Assembly: GCA_965113315.1 (NCBI GenBank) | Contig: OZ220365.1 | Source of the DNA: Podarcis vaucheri | Lineage: Eukaryota | Direction: 5' to 3' (one strand) | DNA: 64,000 nt | In this document: piece after piece, positions 25,241 to 39,291 of the stretch | Layout of the letters: every line of letters starts with the position of its first letter | How positions within the stretch are numbered: position 1 is the stretch's first letter | Made by a program: the position numbers and the translations under genes | The notes under the pieces: generated by a model | What the model was told of the DNA's origin: nothing | Seen by the model: the letters and a program-made list of their open reading frames with translations, nothing else | The model's database searches: none

Positions 25241-25995
25241 CAACTCACACTGTGCACCTATATTTCTTCTGTCCCATTTCCAATAGAAAAGCCCCTTGCC
25301 CCCCAACTGAACCATGACAATAGTGGTGGATGTGTTCACACAACAGAGAAAGATTTTATATCACCTTCAACTTGACAAAATTGTCTTTTGTTTCCATTTC
25401 ACATCTGGAAAGGCTCTCTCCCAAGTGTCTACCTGCCACATTTCAAGTAGCAGGGAATTATAGATGAGGCCTTCTGATTGCAATCTCAAAGTCAGTGCAG
25501 GCTCTTTTGAGCAGTGGGGGGGGGGAATGTGGTGTTCCTAATATTTCTGGACTCCAACTCTCTTCTGACTGCCTCTGCATTAGAGCTCTGAAGGGCAAAG
25601 CCATCAGTTTGTGTTATGAATTAGGAGCCAGGGAAGTTTTCCAAAGACAGTTACTAAATGCTACATGTAATGGTAGCCTGATAGGATCATGTGTCACTGA
25701 TCCTGAAAATACTACACTTGCCACCAGCGATCTCACAGGCCAAACACAAAGTGAATGTTGTAGCATATAAAGTCCTAAATGGCTTGGGATCCTGAAAGAG
25801 CACCTTTCCCCCATAACATGCACCTTGGACACCATGACTGGCAGGTATGGCATTGACCCATGACAGGGCCTTGTCAGGGGTGGTTCCCCATTTGTGAACT
25901 GCCCTTACTGGTGAGGTGCATCTTCCTCTCTCATTTTTTATTTATAGGATGAATGTTAAAACATATTCTTGTATTATTATTATTATTATTATTAT

Positions 25996-26453
25996 TTAGT
26001 CGTTTAGTCGTGTCCGACTCTTCGTGACCCCATGGACCAGAGCACGCCAGGCACTCCTGTCTTCCACTGCCTCCCGCAGTTTGGTCAGACTCATGCTGGT
26101 AGCTTCGAGAACACTATCCAACCATCTCATCCTCTGTCGTCCCCTTCTCCTTGTGCCCTCCATCTTTCCCAACATCAGGGTCTTTTCCAGGGACTCTTCT
26201 CTTCTCATGAGGTGGCCAAAGTATTGGAGCCTCAGCTTCACGATCTGTCCTTCCAGTGAGCACTCAGTGAGCTGATTTCCTTAAGAATGGATAGGTTTGA
26301 TCTTCTTGCAGTCCATGGGACTCTCAAGAGTCTTCTCCAGCACCATAATTCAAAAGCATCAATTCTTCGGCGATCAGCCTTCTTTATGGTCCAGCTCTCA
26401 CTTCCATACATCACTACTGGTTAAACCATAGCTTTAACTATACAGACCTTTGT
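25996..26453 (-). mobile_element. BovB LINE 3' fragment
   Basis: ORF 25996..26241 KLRLQYFGHLMRR...WRALVHGVTKSRTRLND. Confidence 0.93.
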
Positions 26454-26550
26454 CATTATTATTCCCCGTCCATCTGGCTGGGTTTTGCCAGCCACTCTGG
26501 GTGGCTTCCAACGTATATGAAACATAATAAAGCATCAAACATTAAAAACC
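26454..26550 (-). mobile_element. L2 3' terminus
   Basis: CCATCTGGCTGGGTTTTGCCAGCCACTCTGGGTGGCTTCCAAC. Confidence 0.75.
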
Positions 26551-28457
26551 TGTTTACCCAAGTGTTTGATGACTAAATGCCCTATTCCAGGCAACTCTGA
26601 AATCACTGGTTGAATGTTTTTAATTGTTTTTAGAGTATGGGTTTTTACGGTTTGCAAAACGCTTTTTAAAAGCTTTTATATTATAGATATATTTGCCACC
26701 CAGGGTTCCTTCAAAAAGAAGGGTGGTATATAAACTGGGAAAGAATAAATGGATATTGTCATTGAATCGGAATCAAGTGTAGTTTCTGAATGGCTTACAA
26801 AGGCAGTCCAATGTATAACATATTGCAGTAATCTTACCTGGGGGCTGGTAAGGGATGCATATTCCCTGGGATCCTCTGAGATGAGGATGGCTTTTAAATG
26901 CTTAACAGATCACCATTTAGATCACCTCGATGTGATTTTCTTTAAAGCATGCACAACCCTGTTTATAATTTCTTCAGTATGAAAAGAGAACTCTAATCAC
27001 AAAAAAGCTAAATATGAATACCATGTAAGTTGCTCAGAGACATTTTTGTAGAAAGTGCTGAATAAATGTAATAACAATAAATATAGAATGGAATCACAAA
27101 AGAAGCATGTTAGGTAGGAACACTGAGACAAATCATGGAAGGAAAAATGCAATGAAATTTGGGGGTCTCAGAGCATTAACCAAAAGACAGAATGAGAGGC
27201 TGCATTAAAAATCCCAGGTGGAAGAATGTGTATCATGGGATCCTAGAGGAAACAACATCTGAACCAGGTTCTGTTTTATTGCTGATTTACACAAAATGGC
27301 CCAGACAGGGAGACAAAACTATAGCACCGTTAAATTTTGTTCATGGTAGAATAGAGTAACCAGCAACGTGAACTGTGAAAAACTGGATTGCTAATGCATA
27401 AGACATGAATCTTGGGAATTGAGGTTGCACTGGAAGAGTTTATGACTTCAGTTTAATAACATGCTCATCTGTAAATATTTCTAGGCAAGCTGAAGGAATG
27501 GGGGGAGATTATCAAATCCAGCAACATTTCAAAAAAAGTGCTTCTAGTTGAAGAGATTAAAAAGAGGTTTGTGCAAGTTTGTGTAAGTTAAATGAACTCA
27601 AACAAATATTAATCAAAGTTAGCTTCTCCCTTTCACTGCCTTTTCACTCCATTCTGCTAATGTTCTCTTTCTCTCACAAACATGCAGGACAAACTTTCTG
27701 TTCTAGAGGACTTTGAATATATATATATTGCTAATATTCACTTTGGTTTTCCTGCTAAGCAACACTGGTGAAAAATTGAGGCAAACTTATCAAATGTGAT
27801 TTTCCCATTTTTACGTCTCTTGGAGTCCAAAGTAAAAGATGCAGATTTAATAAATCAGAAACAGATAAATGGAATCTTGTTAAGATGGCCTGGCTGAGAG
27901 ATTGCAGGGAATGGAAGAACAGCTCTTGAGTTTTATTACTTGTTGAACTGATACTAGCTCCAATACTTGTCCCCATTTACATCCATAGATTGTGAGAACT
28001 TGCCATTTATTCATACTGTCCGCTTCCTGTTATTTCACCAGTTACTGATCTATAAGAGGACCTGTACTCTTTTACCATGTCAGCAATGTGTGTTCAAGAG
28101 TCTTCGGTGAGAGGCTTTATTGAGTGTTGAGCTCAGGGAGTATGAATGCAAACCTCACTCACCTAGAAGGAGTGCTTTATTTATTGTGCACCCAGCGCTG
28201 CACCTCCATTGAATTGAATGGAACACACTCTATCACACTGTGGAATGCAGAGAACACCATATCTTACCTCTGCAGTTGCTCTTTTAAACAGCCCATGAAC
28301 TTCTAATATAGTGTCATTGTTGTTGTTGTTCTTGTTGTTGTTGTTGTTATGGACCAGCTGCTGCTGCTGCTGCTTCCATTTTCAGCAGATAGGCCAATTG
28401 CACTTACTCAAGTTCACAGCTTGAGAGGTCTTCTTAGTCCATCTTTGTCATCTTTGT

Positions 28458-28858
28458 CCCAGTACGTTTCTGAGCATAATTCAAAGTGTTGGTGCTGACC
28501 TTTAGAGCCCTAAACGGCCATGGTCCTGTATACCTGAAGGAGCATCTCCACCCCCATTGTTCTGCCTGGACACTGAGGTCCAGCTCTGAGGGACTTCTGG
28601 CGATTCCCTCCCTGTGAGAAGCAAAGTTACAGGGAACCAGGCAGAGGGCCTTCTCGGTAGTAGCACCCACCCTGTGGAACACCCTCCCATCAGATATCAA
28701 AGAAATTAACAATTATCTGACTTTTAGAAGACATCTGAAGGCAGCCCTGTTTAGGGAAGCTTTTAATATCTGATGAATTATTGTACTTTAATATTTTACT
28801 GAAAGCTGCCCAGAGTGGCTGGGGAAACCTAGCCAGATGGGCGGGGTATAAATAATAG

Positions 28859-28910
<52 letters not shown>
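28458..28910 (+). mobile_element. L2 LINE 3' fragment with long (TTA)n tail
   Basis: Closely similar to 9575-10003; tail at 28860-28910. Confidence 0.93.
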
Positions 28911-28911
<1 letters not shown>

Positions 28912-29019
28912 CAATGTGACCCCTGTGACTAGGACTGCATTCTACTAGCCACAGTGGTCAGGTTATCCCAATCTGGGACATGCCTTGTAACCTCAAGGTT
29001 TAATTATCTGGTCCCAAAG

Positions 29020-29410
29020 ATGCAGCTGGTATGATATGAGGAAGCCAGGTTGGTAGCAGCAGAAGGCTACTGGCAACACATTACCCTGCTGCTGAGAGAG
29101 CTGCCCCGGTTATCAATTTGCTACTGGGTCAGGTTCAAGGTTATTGCGTTAATTCACAAAGCCCTAAACAACTTGGACCTAAAGCACTTGATTCTTTATG
29201 TTCTACCTTGATTGCTGAGGTCTTCTGATGGAGCACATTTCATGGTCCTTCATGCCCCTGATGTTCAGCTGATCTTTACTCACACCAAGCCCCTAGTGTC
29301 AGAGGCCCTGCCCTGTGGAACTTCTGTCAATAGAGGTTCAACAGGAACCATTCCCGCTCCTTTTTAGATGGCTTCTGAAAACTGTATTATTCATATAGGC
29401 CTTCCAAACC
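29020..29410 (+). mobile_element. Old L2 fragment
   Basis: TTCAAGGTTATTGCGTTAATTCACAAAGCCCTAAAC and CCCTGTGGAAC motifs. Confidence 0.6.
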
Positions 29411-29970
29411 TGAGATTCTATGCCGACCAGCTTTTATCAATGTGCTCAACATTTTTAATTAGGTTTTTTAAAAACAGTAATAATGTGTTTTAGATTATAT
29501 ACCAACTTGTGGTATTTTATATGAAAGTGCAGTTTATAAAAAAATAGAATAATTAAGTTATTGTACACAAAATGCCAGAGCTCGTTCCAAGAGGTGTGTG
29601 TGCAGGCAGTCGTGCATGTTTGTGTTAAGTTTGCCAAAGGCTTTTCAAGCTATTTTGCTACCTAAACAGCATTTAATCTATATTGACCTACAACATTTGT
29701 TGAAGTGAATGCCCATGTTCAGCTGCTAGATATTATCCAAGGGAAAAGGTTGCATAGTAACTGGGATGACCTTTTAATATATATATTTTTTACCAAAAAA
29801 AAAAAATTATAAACCTAGAAGGTCATTATAGTCTTCAGTTCAGAACCTCAGGGCTTCTGGGCAATGTAATAAAATGCTTGTATATGGTAGAAATGAGTAC
29901 AATATTGATCACCAAACAGAAAATAGCAGCTCTTTGAAATTCATTCCACTGAAGAATAGAAAGTCAACTT

Positions 29971-29972
29971 GA

Positions 29973-30003
<31 letters not shown>
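29971..30003. repeat. (GAAA)n microsatellite
   Basis: Direct reading. Confidence 0.95.
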
Positions 30004-30004
<1 letters not shown>

Positions 30005-30706
30005 GTTTCTAGAAGTAAGAAAAGTCTTGTGTGTCACAATTGTAGCTCAGTAACAGATTCTGAATGATATTTTTCAGACATAGGTTTATGCAGACATCCT
30101 CAAAAGGCTAAAATAAATTCCGGATATCTACAGCTAGAGCAGATGTTCTCAAAGCCATTATTTTCTTACAAAAGGTGACAGGCAGGAAGAAAGGAAGGGC
30201 TTCCTGTCCTTAAGGTATGCTAATTACTGTTAATAGGTTGACCAACAGTAGTATTTTTTGGGGGGGGTACTTATTTTTACTGCCGAGTAACTTAATTTTC
30301 TGCCTAATTCAGGGTACGCTTGTGGATGGTCGGATTAAGTTACAAAGAGAACACAGCTCATCAGTGCAGATTAAGGCTCACCCACACATACCACACCATA
30401 CATTTAAAGCACATGATTTACCCCAAAATAATCCTGGGAACTGTAGTTTGTTAAGGGTGTTGAGAATTGTAGCTCTTTGAAGGGTGAACTTCTGTTCCCA
30501 TGATTCTTTGTTGGGGGGGGGACCATGACTGTTAACATGGCATAAATGTGCTTTAAACATATTTTCTATGACTGAGACAATTTTTTTATCATTGGATAAC
30601 TCTACATTTTAAAATATTCTTGTTTAGACAAGCCTACCCAGATGCTTATAGAGGTAATTTTAATCTAGTTTAGTCGTTTAAGTTTTGTACATTTTTAAGT
30701 AGTATT

Positions 30707-31212
30707 TGTGGTGATCACACAGGGTCACCAGACGTTTCACCATCTATTGATCCCTGTGCCACCACTTTATTTCTCGCTGCCACCACCCAGGCCCTACCTG
30801 GTAAAATACTGAGTCCAGTTAGGGTTAAATTGGAACCTAAATTTCTGTTTATTTATTACAGTTTTACAAGCGTGTGGTTTCATAAACAGTCTCAGTCAAT
30901 TACAATCATGGGGTGCCTATCTAGACCTATAACTTCCACTACCTGCTCTCACTCACTAAACCACCTCTCAGATATTTACTTGTCTTCCTAGCGCCTAACT
31001 GTTCCTGACTCAGCTTATTTCGCTACACTAACTCAACCTACCCACAGACTTACTCCCAACTCACTCCCACTCCAACCAACCACCCAACAAACTCCCCCCT
31101 TCGCCCCTCCCAGAGCTGGTTTTATAGTCCCTCTGACTCCACCCCCCTGGGTTCTGATTGGGTAGCCTGTTTCACTATTTCATCTCCAGCACTCTCATAT
31201 GTTAATGTCACA
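30707..31212 (-). mobile_element. Solo LTR
   Basis: TGTG...CACA termini; flanks GTATT/ATATT (5-bp TSD, one mismatch); on the minus strand CCAAT (~31157), TATAAAA (~31120) and AATAAA (~30852) in U3-R order. Confidence 0.7.
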
Positions 31213-32370
31213 ATATTACAGTTTTTTCTTGATTTATGTTTTGTAAACTGCTTTGAGGTCTTTTACATTCAAGCAGTGTATAAATTTTGTTAAACAAACA
31301 AACAACATATTATACTTTAAGGCAGTGAAATAAAGTTAAGTTTGGCTAAAATTAAATTGGACAAATTAAACTGTATTGAAGATGTGCTTCAGATGTTGCT
31401 TTTGTGGGTCAGGAATAGATAGCCCAGTGTGGAGGGTTTATTTTGCTTTTTGAAACATTGATGTCAATTGTCAAAGTGAAATACCAGTGCTATTTTGGTG
31501 GGAAATTGCTGCTCATGTTTATCAAAAGAAATTCTCTCCCTCATGCACTTTTCTTTCTTTTTGGTAAATATTTGGAGAGACTTTCAGTCTCCCAAAATAG
31601 CACTAAACACGTATTCTCAGAAATTCAAAAACACACAGCAGAAAAAAAACAGCCCAGTTTGGGAAACAGAGAATAGCACTCACCTTAGAATGTTTTCCCA
31701 TTTAATTTAGCAATTGCTGAGCTGTTATATTCCAAAGCCTTGTGCTTACAAAAGGGAGAAAACATCTTGTGGAGTACTATGCCACTTTCCAGACACTTTC
31801 AAGTTCAAAGCAGACTAAACATTGTATTTTACAATGCTCTTAGGCTGTTTGCTTTCTTAAAAGTGATAAAAATTACCGAGTGGTCTGCACTCTCCCAAAT
31901 GTCTCTGAAAATGCCTCCAAATGTATTTACTGGAGCATTACTGAAGAAAATACCCACTAGCATTTATAAATGGAAAAGCTTCCACGTGCAACTGGCATAA
32001 TTTGAAAGCTGCAGATGGGAGTGTGGGGATAAGAAAAAACACTTTCAGACCTCAAGAACATCATACAAAACAAAAGCAGATCAGGTAGTATGCCTTACAC
32101 CTAGACTTTAAACCGAAATTCTTGAGAGCAAGTTCTGCACGAATCAATGGGATTGGCTTTCACTAAAAAGTGCTGAAGAATGAGGTGTGTGGGAGCTAAT
32201 ATTGTTGACAGAGAGTTCCATTCTGCAATTGTGTGTGTCTCCTCACAAGCACTGTGGCTGAAAGGCTATATTTTCTGTGGGAAAGTGAGCTAGTAAGGAA
32301 TAAGTAAATCAGGGTCATGTGCACTCAAGTTTTCCACCAAAAGCGCAAGGGAGTTTCCGCACCCTTTATA

Positions 32371-32495
32371 CCAGCCTTTCTCAACCTTGGGTCCCCAGCT
32401 GTTGTTGGACTACAACTCCCATCATCCCTGACCACTGGTGCTGCTAGCTAGGCATAATGGGAGTCGTAGTCCAATAACAGCTGGGGTTCAGAAAG
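32371..32495. mobile_element. Palindromic MITE-like repeat (GGACTACAACTCCCATCA family)
   Basis: Self-complementary CCCCAGCTGTTGTTGGACTACAACTCCCAT...ATGGGAGTCGTAGTCCAATAACAGCTGGGG; relatives at about 35890-35970, 38960-39050 and 59575-59705. Confidence 0.7.
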
Positions 32496-33092
32496 TTCTT
32501 TATACACTAGCAAGGGTCCCCCTGAGAGTGTACATGCCCAGCCTTCCTCTGCCTTCTAATCTAATCAAAGCAATCCTGTACCACATATTAATTGGGCTGC
32601 AGAGCACCCAAGTCTAGATCATCTCCTTATTTAAGCAGGAATAAGACAATCATATTTTTCATGCACCTAGAAGTTATCATTCCAGGGCCATCCAATTCTT
32701 TTGTGCATCTTTGTAACCAAAAAAACAAACAAACCCAGAACTGCTGCAGATACTTGGAGCTCAATGAATTTTCACATCGTCCTTAAAGTGTATCCTTTGT
32801 GAGTTTTACTAACAGATGTTCTTCACTACATTTTTAAAAAAGAGCTGCGTTCTCAGTGTCCATTCTTGAATCTCTGAGCTCTTGCATAGCCTAAGCCTGG
32901 ACTCTTAGGCTCTTGGGTTGTTGGTTTTTGTACTCTCGATTTCAATGGACTCTGCCTGACATTGTGTTGTTCTGCCCCAACCAAAGGTCTCTAGTGTTTA
33001 CTTGTTTTTTCGTAGTTACCATGACAGTAAGGATTCTTACTTCCTTTCCCTATGTTTTAGACATAAGATTGGGAAAATATATATTCTCTCTG

Positions 33093-33093
<1 letters not shown>

Positions 33094-33138
<45 letters not shown>
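33094..33138. repeat. (CA)n microsatellite
   Basis: Direct reading. Confidence 0.97.
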
Positions 33139-33142
<4 letters not shown>

Positions 33143-34339
33143 CAGCCTTCAGTTCCACCCCATAAGAAGATAAAAAAGCCCTGCTGGATCATAGAATTGT
33201 AGAGTTGGAAGGTACCCTGAGGATGGGCAGAACACTCTAGTCTAGAATCCTGTTTGCACATCAGCCAACCAGATACCTCTGGGAAGCAAGTGAACAGGAC
33301 CTCCTTCCTTCCCACTGAGCTGTTCTAGCCATCTGCCTGAATCGAAGAGAATGAAGGAGTTGGGGTGCATTTATATGACCTGTACCGGAACCTGGGGCAA
33401 TCACCAAACCAGCTAGGAAGATAGCTTGCCATAGTTTTTAGCACCTCGGTGGGTAGTGAACATGGCTGATGTCAAACAGACACCTGGTGACTGAGTTACC
33501 GGTGACTTCAGCACTTATTTTTCTTGGGGGGGAAGCACCATAGAGAGGTATGTGGTGAAGCCAGGGGTGATGGTAATGATGGTATAAGAACAACGAGATT
33601 CACTTTAAGGATTGCTTTCCAGTCGCAATACTAAGTGCTAAGAAGCTATGAGGCCTTCAAGAGTTCAGAAAATGGCTTCTCTGATGGTAGAGGAATTATA
33701 GACATGGGTAAATGCAATGCCATATATGGAAATTTTGACTCACCGCCTCCCCCAATTTCCTTTTTTATTCTTTATTTCATAGTCTTCTATGAAATGTTTT
33801 CTATTGCATAGTTTCAAGCTCGTTAGCATATCAATGCACATGCACTGTGCATTTCATTTGTTAACACAGTCCTATCAGCGTTCACAGAAAACCTATCATT
33901 CTCAATGTGTCCGGAAATATATGCTGCATATTTATATGGCAGAAACACAATGTAGCCAACTTCAGAATAATGTAGTGGAAAACCGCTACTTACAACAGAA
34001 AGTGATTTTAAATCTGTGACATTGTTTTATTTGATTTTATTGTATTCTAATTTTTCAAATTAGCACACACAGCTTCCTGGATCAGCAGTTAGAAATGTTT
34101 CCAAGACAAATAATGTATTTGATATTTGTTTCAAAACCATCATGATTATTTATCTATCTATTATGATTCTTGAAACATCAAACGAAACATGTATTGGTGA
34201 GCATTTGAGTTTTGCTCCATGCCAGGCAATGTTTGGCATTATTTGAGTGTCTGCTCCTTGTATAATTCTACCTCCACAATTAGCTCTGGCACTAGTCCTA
34301 AGCCCCACTTAACTCAACAGGTGGTAGTCAACTAAATAT

Positions 34340-34512
34340 TTGTGCTACCAGAAGTATAAGCACTGTAGCTTTGCATGCAGAAGTTCATAGGAAGGATTGA
34401 GAAGAGAACCTTTTTTCCTAAAACCTCAGAGCGCTGCTGCCAGTCATTATGTACAATACTGAGCTAGATGGACCAATGGCATGACAGTATAAGCCAGTTT
34501 CCTATGTTCCTG
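34340..34512 (+). mobile_element. Degenerate SINE with CR1-type tail
   Basis: GCTGCTGCCAGTC...AATACTGAGCTAGATGGACCAATGG...TTCCTATGTTCCT. Confidence 0.55.
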
Positions 34513-34754
34513 TGTTATCTATTACTGAGCGGCAGTAAAACTGAGACCATCCCTAATTTTCAAATCCATCCTCTTGTCATTATTGCATCATTTCCTATTG
34601 AGGTTTAGGGTATTGGTGGCTTTTCCTCTCCGCCAGGCTGGGAACCTAGTGAAATTGCCTGTCTGGTGAAATCAACTAATTCATAGGGACCTGGGCAAAT
34701 TTTTCAGCTAGCAAGGCCGCAGCTCCTGTCAAAGCCCTATCTGGTCTCTTGAAT

Positions 34755-34900
34755 GGAGAGAGAACAAAAGCAGTTGACACAATAGCTCCCAAGAGCCCTG
34801 TTCCACTGGAAATAATCTGTACAGCTCCTTGGTACACACCTGAGCTGAGGGCATTGAAGCAAGCAGGAAGGCAGCTGGAACACATGAAAAGTCATGATGA
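34755..34900 (+). mobile_element. L2 ORF2 internal fragment
   Basis: AVDTIAPK...APWYTPELRALKQAGRQLE, the conserved PW(Y/F) motif between endonuclease and RT. Confidence 0.7.
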
Positions 34901-36100
34901 ATCCAATTGCATGCTGTCCTGGTCCAAGCTCAGTGGCAGACAGATGTTGTTCTTGTACCTCAGATGGGGCATTAGTTAGAATCAAACATATGCATCGATT
35001 TAAAAAACATGTTTGGATTCTGCATATCATTGCATGCTTCTTTGATTTGCATTGTAGGTCAAATAAAATATTTAGGAAACAGACTGTTAAAGCTGAATCT
35101 CATGCTGGAAACTTGTTTGGAATGTTACTAAACCTAAAATCTATTATTCAATTGGAGGCTGGAACCTTTAATAATTAAAAAAGAATCCACTGATATAAAG
35201 ATCTTGCCTACAAATTAGCACCTGTTGTCTAGGATAGAACCGCCCTTAAAACCATCCCTTATGCCTGCAGACCACAACAGATGTTGGATGAGAAGACACA
35301 ACCCTTCACCAGGGACCACCATGCCACATCAGAGGAGCATAATGCCACCATCATACTACTGGGATAACAGTGGGAAGAAACATGGATCTCAAAGGCCAAG
35401 CGTCCATGCACTTCCGGGGATGAGAAGGGCTGAATAGCTATTGGCAGTCAGCATTCTGCTGTCAGAGTAATTATGTGGTGATTTATGATAGCCAAGGACA
35501 ATCCTGGTATCACCCTCTCCCTCTGAAGATAGGGAGATTAAATGGAATAAACCACACTTGCTCTGGAGGAGTCATTTGTCACACTGAGACCATGAGCTGT
35601 TTTCAGATGGGAGGAGTGTCTCAGAGACAGGAACCCCCCATTGGGCCCGGATACCACATTAACCTTAAGGTTAGCACTTAGGGCATCAGGTCAGCAAAAC
35701 CTCCCTTCTTTTAACTATATTTGAGACTGGAACAAATTACAACTGTGGTGACCTATCTGTCTATTAACCCTCACCCAGAGTGTAGATTGGCTGCTGGTGT
35801 AAGGAAAAGGCCACATGTTCATGGCAATATGTAGTTTGGCCCACAGAGAACATATAGAGTAATTCATATAAATTCATAACAATAGTATAAATCAGATGAT
35901 GGTGGACTCCTGACTTCCATCAGCTCCAACCAGCATAGCCAATGGCCAAGGATAATGAGGGCTGTAGCCAAATAAAAAAAAGAAAACTTACATCATTATG
36001 CAAATAGCGAGAAATACCAGACAGAATAAGTTAATTAAATAACATGCTTGTGGCTCCTGAAAGAGAACACCAGCCATTTCAAGCTATATCATGTTCTGAA

Positions 36101-36360
36101 GAGAGCCAGTGTGGTGTAGTGGTTAAGAGCGGTAGTCACGTAATCTGGGTAACCGGGTTCGCGTCTCCGCTCCTCCACATGCAGCTGCTGGGTGACCTTG
36201 GGCCAGTCACACTTCTTTGAAGTCTCTCAGCCCCACTCACCTCACAGAGTGTTTGTTGTGGGGGAGGAAGGGAAAGGAGATTGTTAGCCGCTTTGAGACT
36301 CCTGAAGGGGAGTGAAAGGCGGGATATCAAATCCAAACTCTTCTTCTTCTTCTTCTTCTT
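36101..36360 (+). mobile_element. Squam3-type tRNA-derived SINE
   Basis: A-box TGGTGTAGTGG, B-box-like GGTTCGCGTCTCC, CORE-like GGGTGACCTTGGGCCAGTCAC, (CTT)n tail, TTCTGAA on both flanks. Confidence 0.8.
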
Positions 36361-37546
36361 CTGAAATGAAAGTAAATCATCATTGGCTTTTAATGCTAGA
36401 AATAAGTGGAAAGGAGTTCTACACAAGTTGGAGCAGGTTTCTAGTCATCTGTGTTTGCTTTTTTTCTAAATCATGTACCTCCTACATCTGTATTTGCTAG
36501 ATAAAGATAAATGACTTGGTAATTGAAATTACAAATGGTGGTGGTGGGAGGGGAGCATTTCCATAGTACTTAGGAGATTGTTTCAGATGCTGATTATATG
36601 GGTAATTTGCAGCCAGCCATATTTCCTCACATATGCTGAGACAATCCCATCTCTTTGCCAGTGTGTTATTTTTGCACTGAAATGGGATCTCAGAATGCAC
36701 AAATGGCTTAGCTGAACTTTCATGAACTTATAAAAGAAAAGGCTAAGATAAGCTTGACCTGCAAAATACAGGCAGTGCTGTTCCAAAGGGCTTATGGTCA
36801 CGTATCAGCGGGCCACAAGCGATATCATACTCAGATCTGAAGTCGAATCCAATAAGAGTCCAAAATAAGAAGTGTCAAAAAGTTAATAGCTGCTATATTT
36901 TGCTCACTAAACTTGGTAGCTTTCCTTCCATTACTTCCAATCTCAATGAGGTTGTTGCAGAATAGTTAGTTCTGATCTCATGTCATGGTAGTCAGACTCT
37001 AGCTGTATGAAATCAAGAGGATTTAACTGTTCTCATTTCAGAGAAACTGAAGATATATCATATTCTGGGTAGACGTATGAAGATATTTGATAAGATTCCA
37101 TGAAGGTGAGTTGCCAGTAAGGTTTTAAGTGAACCAGAGAAGCTTGACAATTGGAGATAATTATGTGGAAAGCAACAGTATGACTTTTCCCAAGTTAAAT
37201 ATTTGCTCTTATCAATAAATTCAAAATAGAGGTTTTTTATATATATATAAAATCCAACTTAAGTACAGAAAATGCTTGAATGCTCACCTTTCTCAGTTCT
37301 ATTATTGAATGGTTAACATTACATAGAAGATATGATATGATACACAGATGGATCTTAAACCAAGTTAAGCCAAAATATTAGGATTAAATCCTATTTAATC
37401 ATAGGAGTCAAAGAACTGCAAAACTAGATACACACATCCAAGGGTGCTTTGAACGTATGTTTTTCAAACAGTTCCCCTCCTCTAATGCCATGTAACTGAT
37501 GGAATGTGCTTTTCAAACTGATGAGAGTTTCAAAGGCATTTTGTAT

Positions 37547-38660
37547 AGTTCCAGAAAGACATCTACTTCTGCTTCATTGACTATGCAAAAGCCTTTGACT
37601 GTGTTGACCACAGCAAACTATGGCAAGTTCTTAAAGAAATGGGAGTGCCTGATCACCTCATCTGTCTCCTGCGAAATCTCTATGTGGGACAAGAAGCTAC
37701 AGTTAGAACTGGATATGGAACAACTGATTGGTTCCAAATTGGGAAAGGAGTACGGCAAGGCTGTATATTGTCTCCCTGCTTATTTAACTTATATGCAGAA
37801 TTCATCATGCGAAAGGCTGGGCTGGATGAATCCCAAGCCGGAATTAAGATTGCCGGAAGAAATATCAACAACCTCAGATATGCAGATGACACAACCTTGA
37901 TGGCAGAAAGTGAAGAGGAATTAAAGAACCTTTTAATGAGGGTGAAAGAGGAGAGCGCAAAATATGGTCTGAAGCTCAACATCAAAAAAACGAAGATCAT
38001 GGCCACTGGGCCCATCACCTCCTGGCAAATAGATGGGGAAGAAATGGAGGCAGTGAGAGATTTTACTTTCTTGGGCTCCATGATCAGTGCAGATGGTGAC
38101 AGCAGTCACGAAATTAAAAGACGCCTGCTCCTTGGGAGAAAGGCGATGGCAAGCCTACACAACATCTTAAAAAGCAGAGACATCACCTTGCCAACAAAGG
38201 TCCGTATAGTAAAAACCATGGTTTTCCCAGTAGTGATGTATGGAAGTGAGAGCTGGACCATAAAGAAGGCTGATCGCCGAAGAATTGATGCTTTTGAATT
38301 ATGGTGCTGGAGGAGACTCTTGAGAGTCCCATGGACTGCAAGAAGATCAAACCTCTCCATTCTGAAGGAAATCAGCCCTGAGTGCTCACTGGAAGGACAG
38401 ATCGTGAAGCTGAGGCTCCAATACTTTGGCCACCTCATGAGAAGAGAGGACTCCCTGGAAAAGACCCTGATGTTGGGAAAGATGGAGGGCACAAGGAGAA
38501 GGGGATGACAGAGAATGAGATGGTTGGATGGTGTTCTTGAAGCTACTAGCATGAGTTTGATCAAACTGCGGGAGGCAGTGGAGGACAGAAGTGCCTGGCG
38601 TGCTCTGGTCCATGGGGTCACGAAGAGTCGGACACGACTAAACGACTAAACAACAACAAC
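37547..38660 (+). mobile_element. BovB (RTE clade) LINE, 5'-truncated, young; RT domain
   Basis: FIDYAKAFD, GVRQGCILSPCLFNLY, LRYADD; ORF 37639..38508 ends at a TGA (CGA in the 25996 copy) near the C-terminus; (CAA)n tail. Confidence 0.97.
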
Positions 38661-39291
38661 AAATATGGTTCGCTGTTCAAAGGCTGGGGGGGGGGAGAGA
38701 GAGAGAGTTGAAAATTGTGCAGAGTGTGCCTAAAATAGGTTTCTGAAATGCTTTATTCAAATGGTGGAAGGGGCTAAATATGTGATGTATATTGCAATAA
38801 TTTATACTATATCTATGCCATCAGAAACATGTTCTCTTTTCTATTAATAAGCAACTAACCCAGCACAATCCTTTACATGTCTACCCAGCAGTCCCATTAA
38901 CTTGAACAGGGCTTACTCCCAGATAAGTAGCTATAGCAGAGATAGTCAGTGTAATCCAGACGTTGCTGGACTGCAACTTCCATCATCCCTGACCATTGGC
39001 CATGATGCCTGGGGCTGATGGGAGTTGTAGTCCAGCTGTATCTGAAGGCCACCATGCAAGCTGTTTGTGAAGGAATCTGTATTTTTTATTTTTGTGCGGT
39101 ATCTGGAATTTCCCATGATGATTAACATCTTGTTATTAAATGGTCAACTAAGAAACAAGACTAAGGATGACCTTTGAGGATTTACTTCTGAAGAAATGGG
39201 CTAGGGGTACATTGAAAGGCTGCAATTCTATGCACCTTACTTGGGATAAAGTTTCACTGAAGTCAACGGGAGTGCCATGAGCCTTGCAACC

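Noticed and set aside
31684-31745. Minus-strand exon with strong donor AAG|GTGAGT
   Set aside because: Stops in all three frames; no supporting evidence
35223-35677. Possible solo LTR (AATAAA at ~35546, TTAGCAC on both sides)
   Set aside because: Termini and TSD do not fit a consistent TG...CA arrangement
36101-36180. tRNA gene
   Set aside because: The A/B boxes belong to a SINE head followed by SINE body and tail; no cloverleaf or terminator
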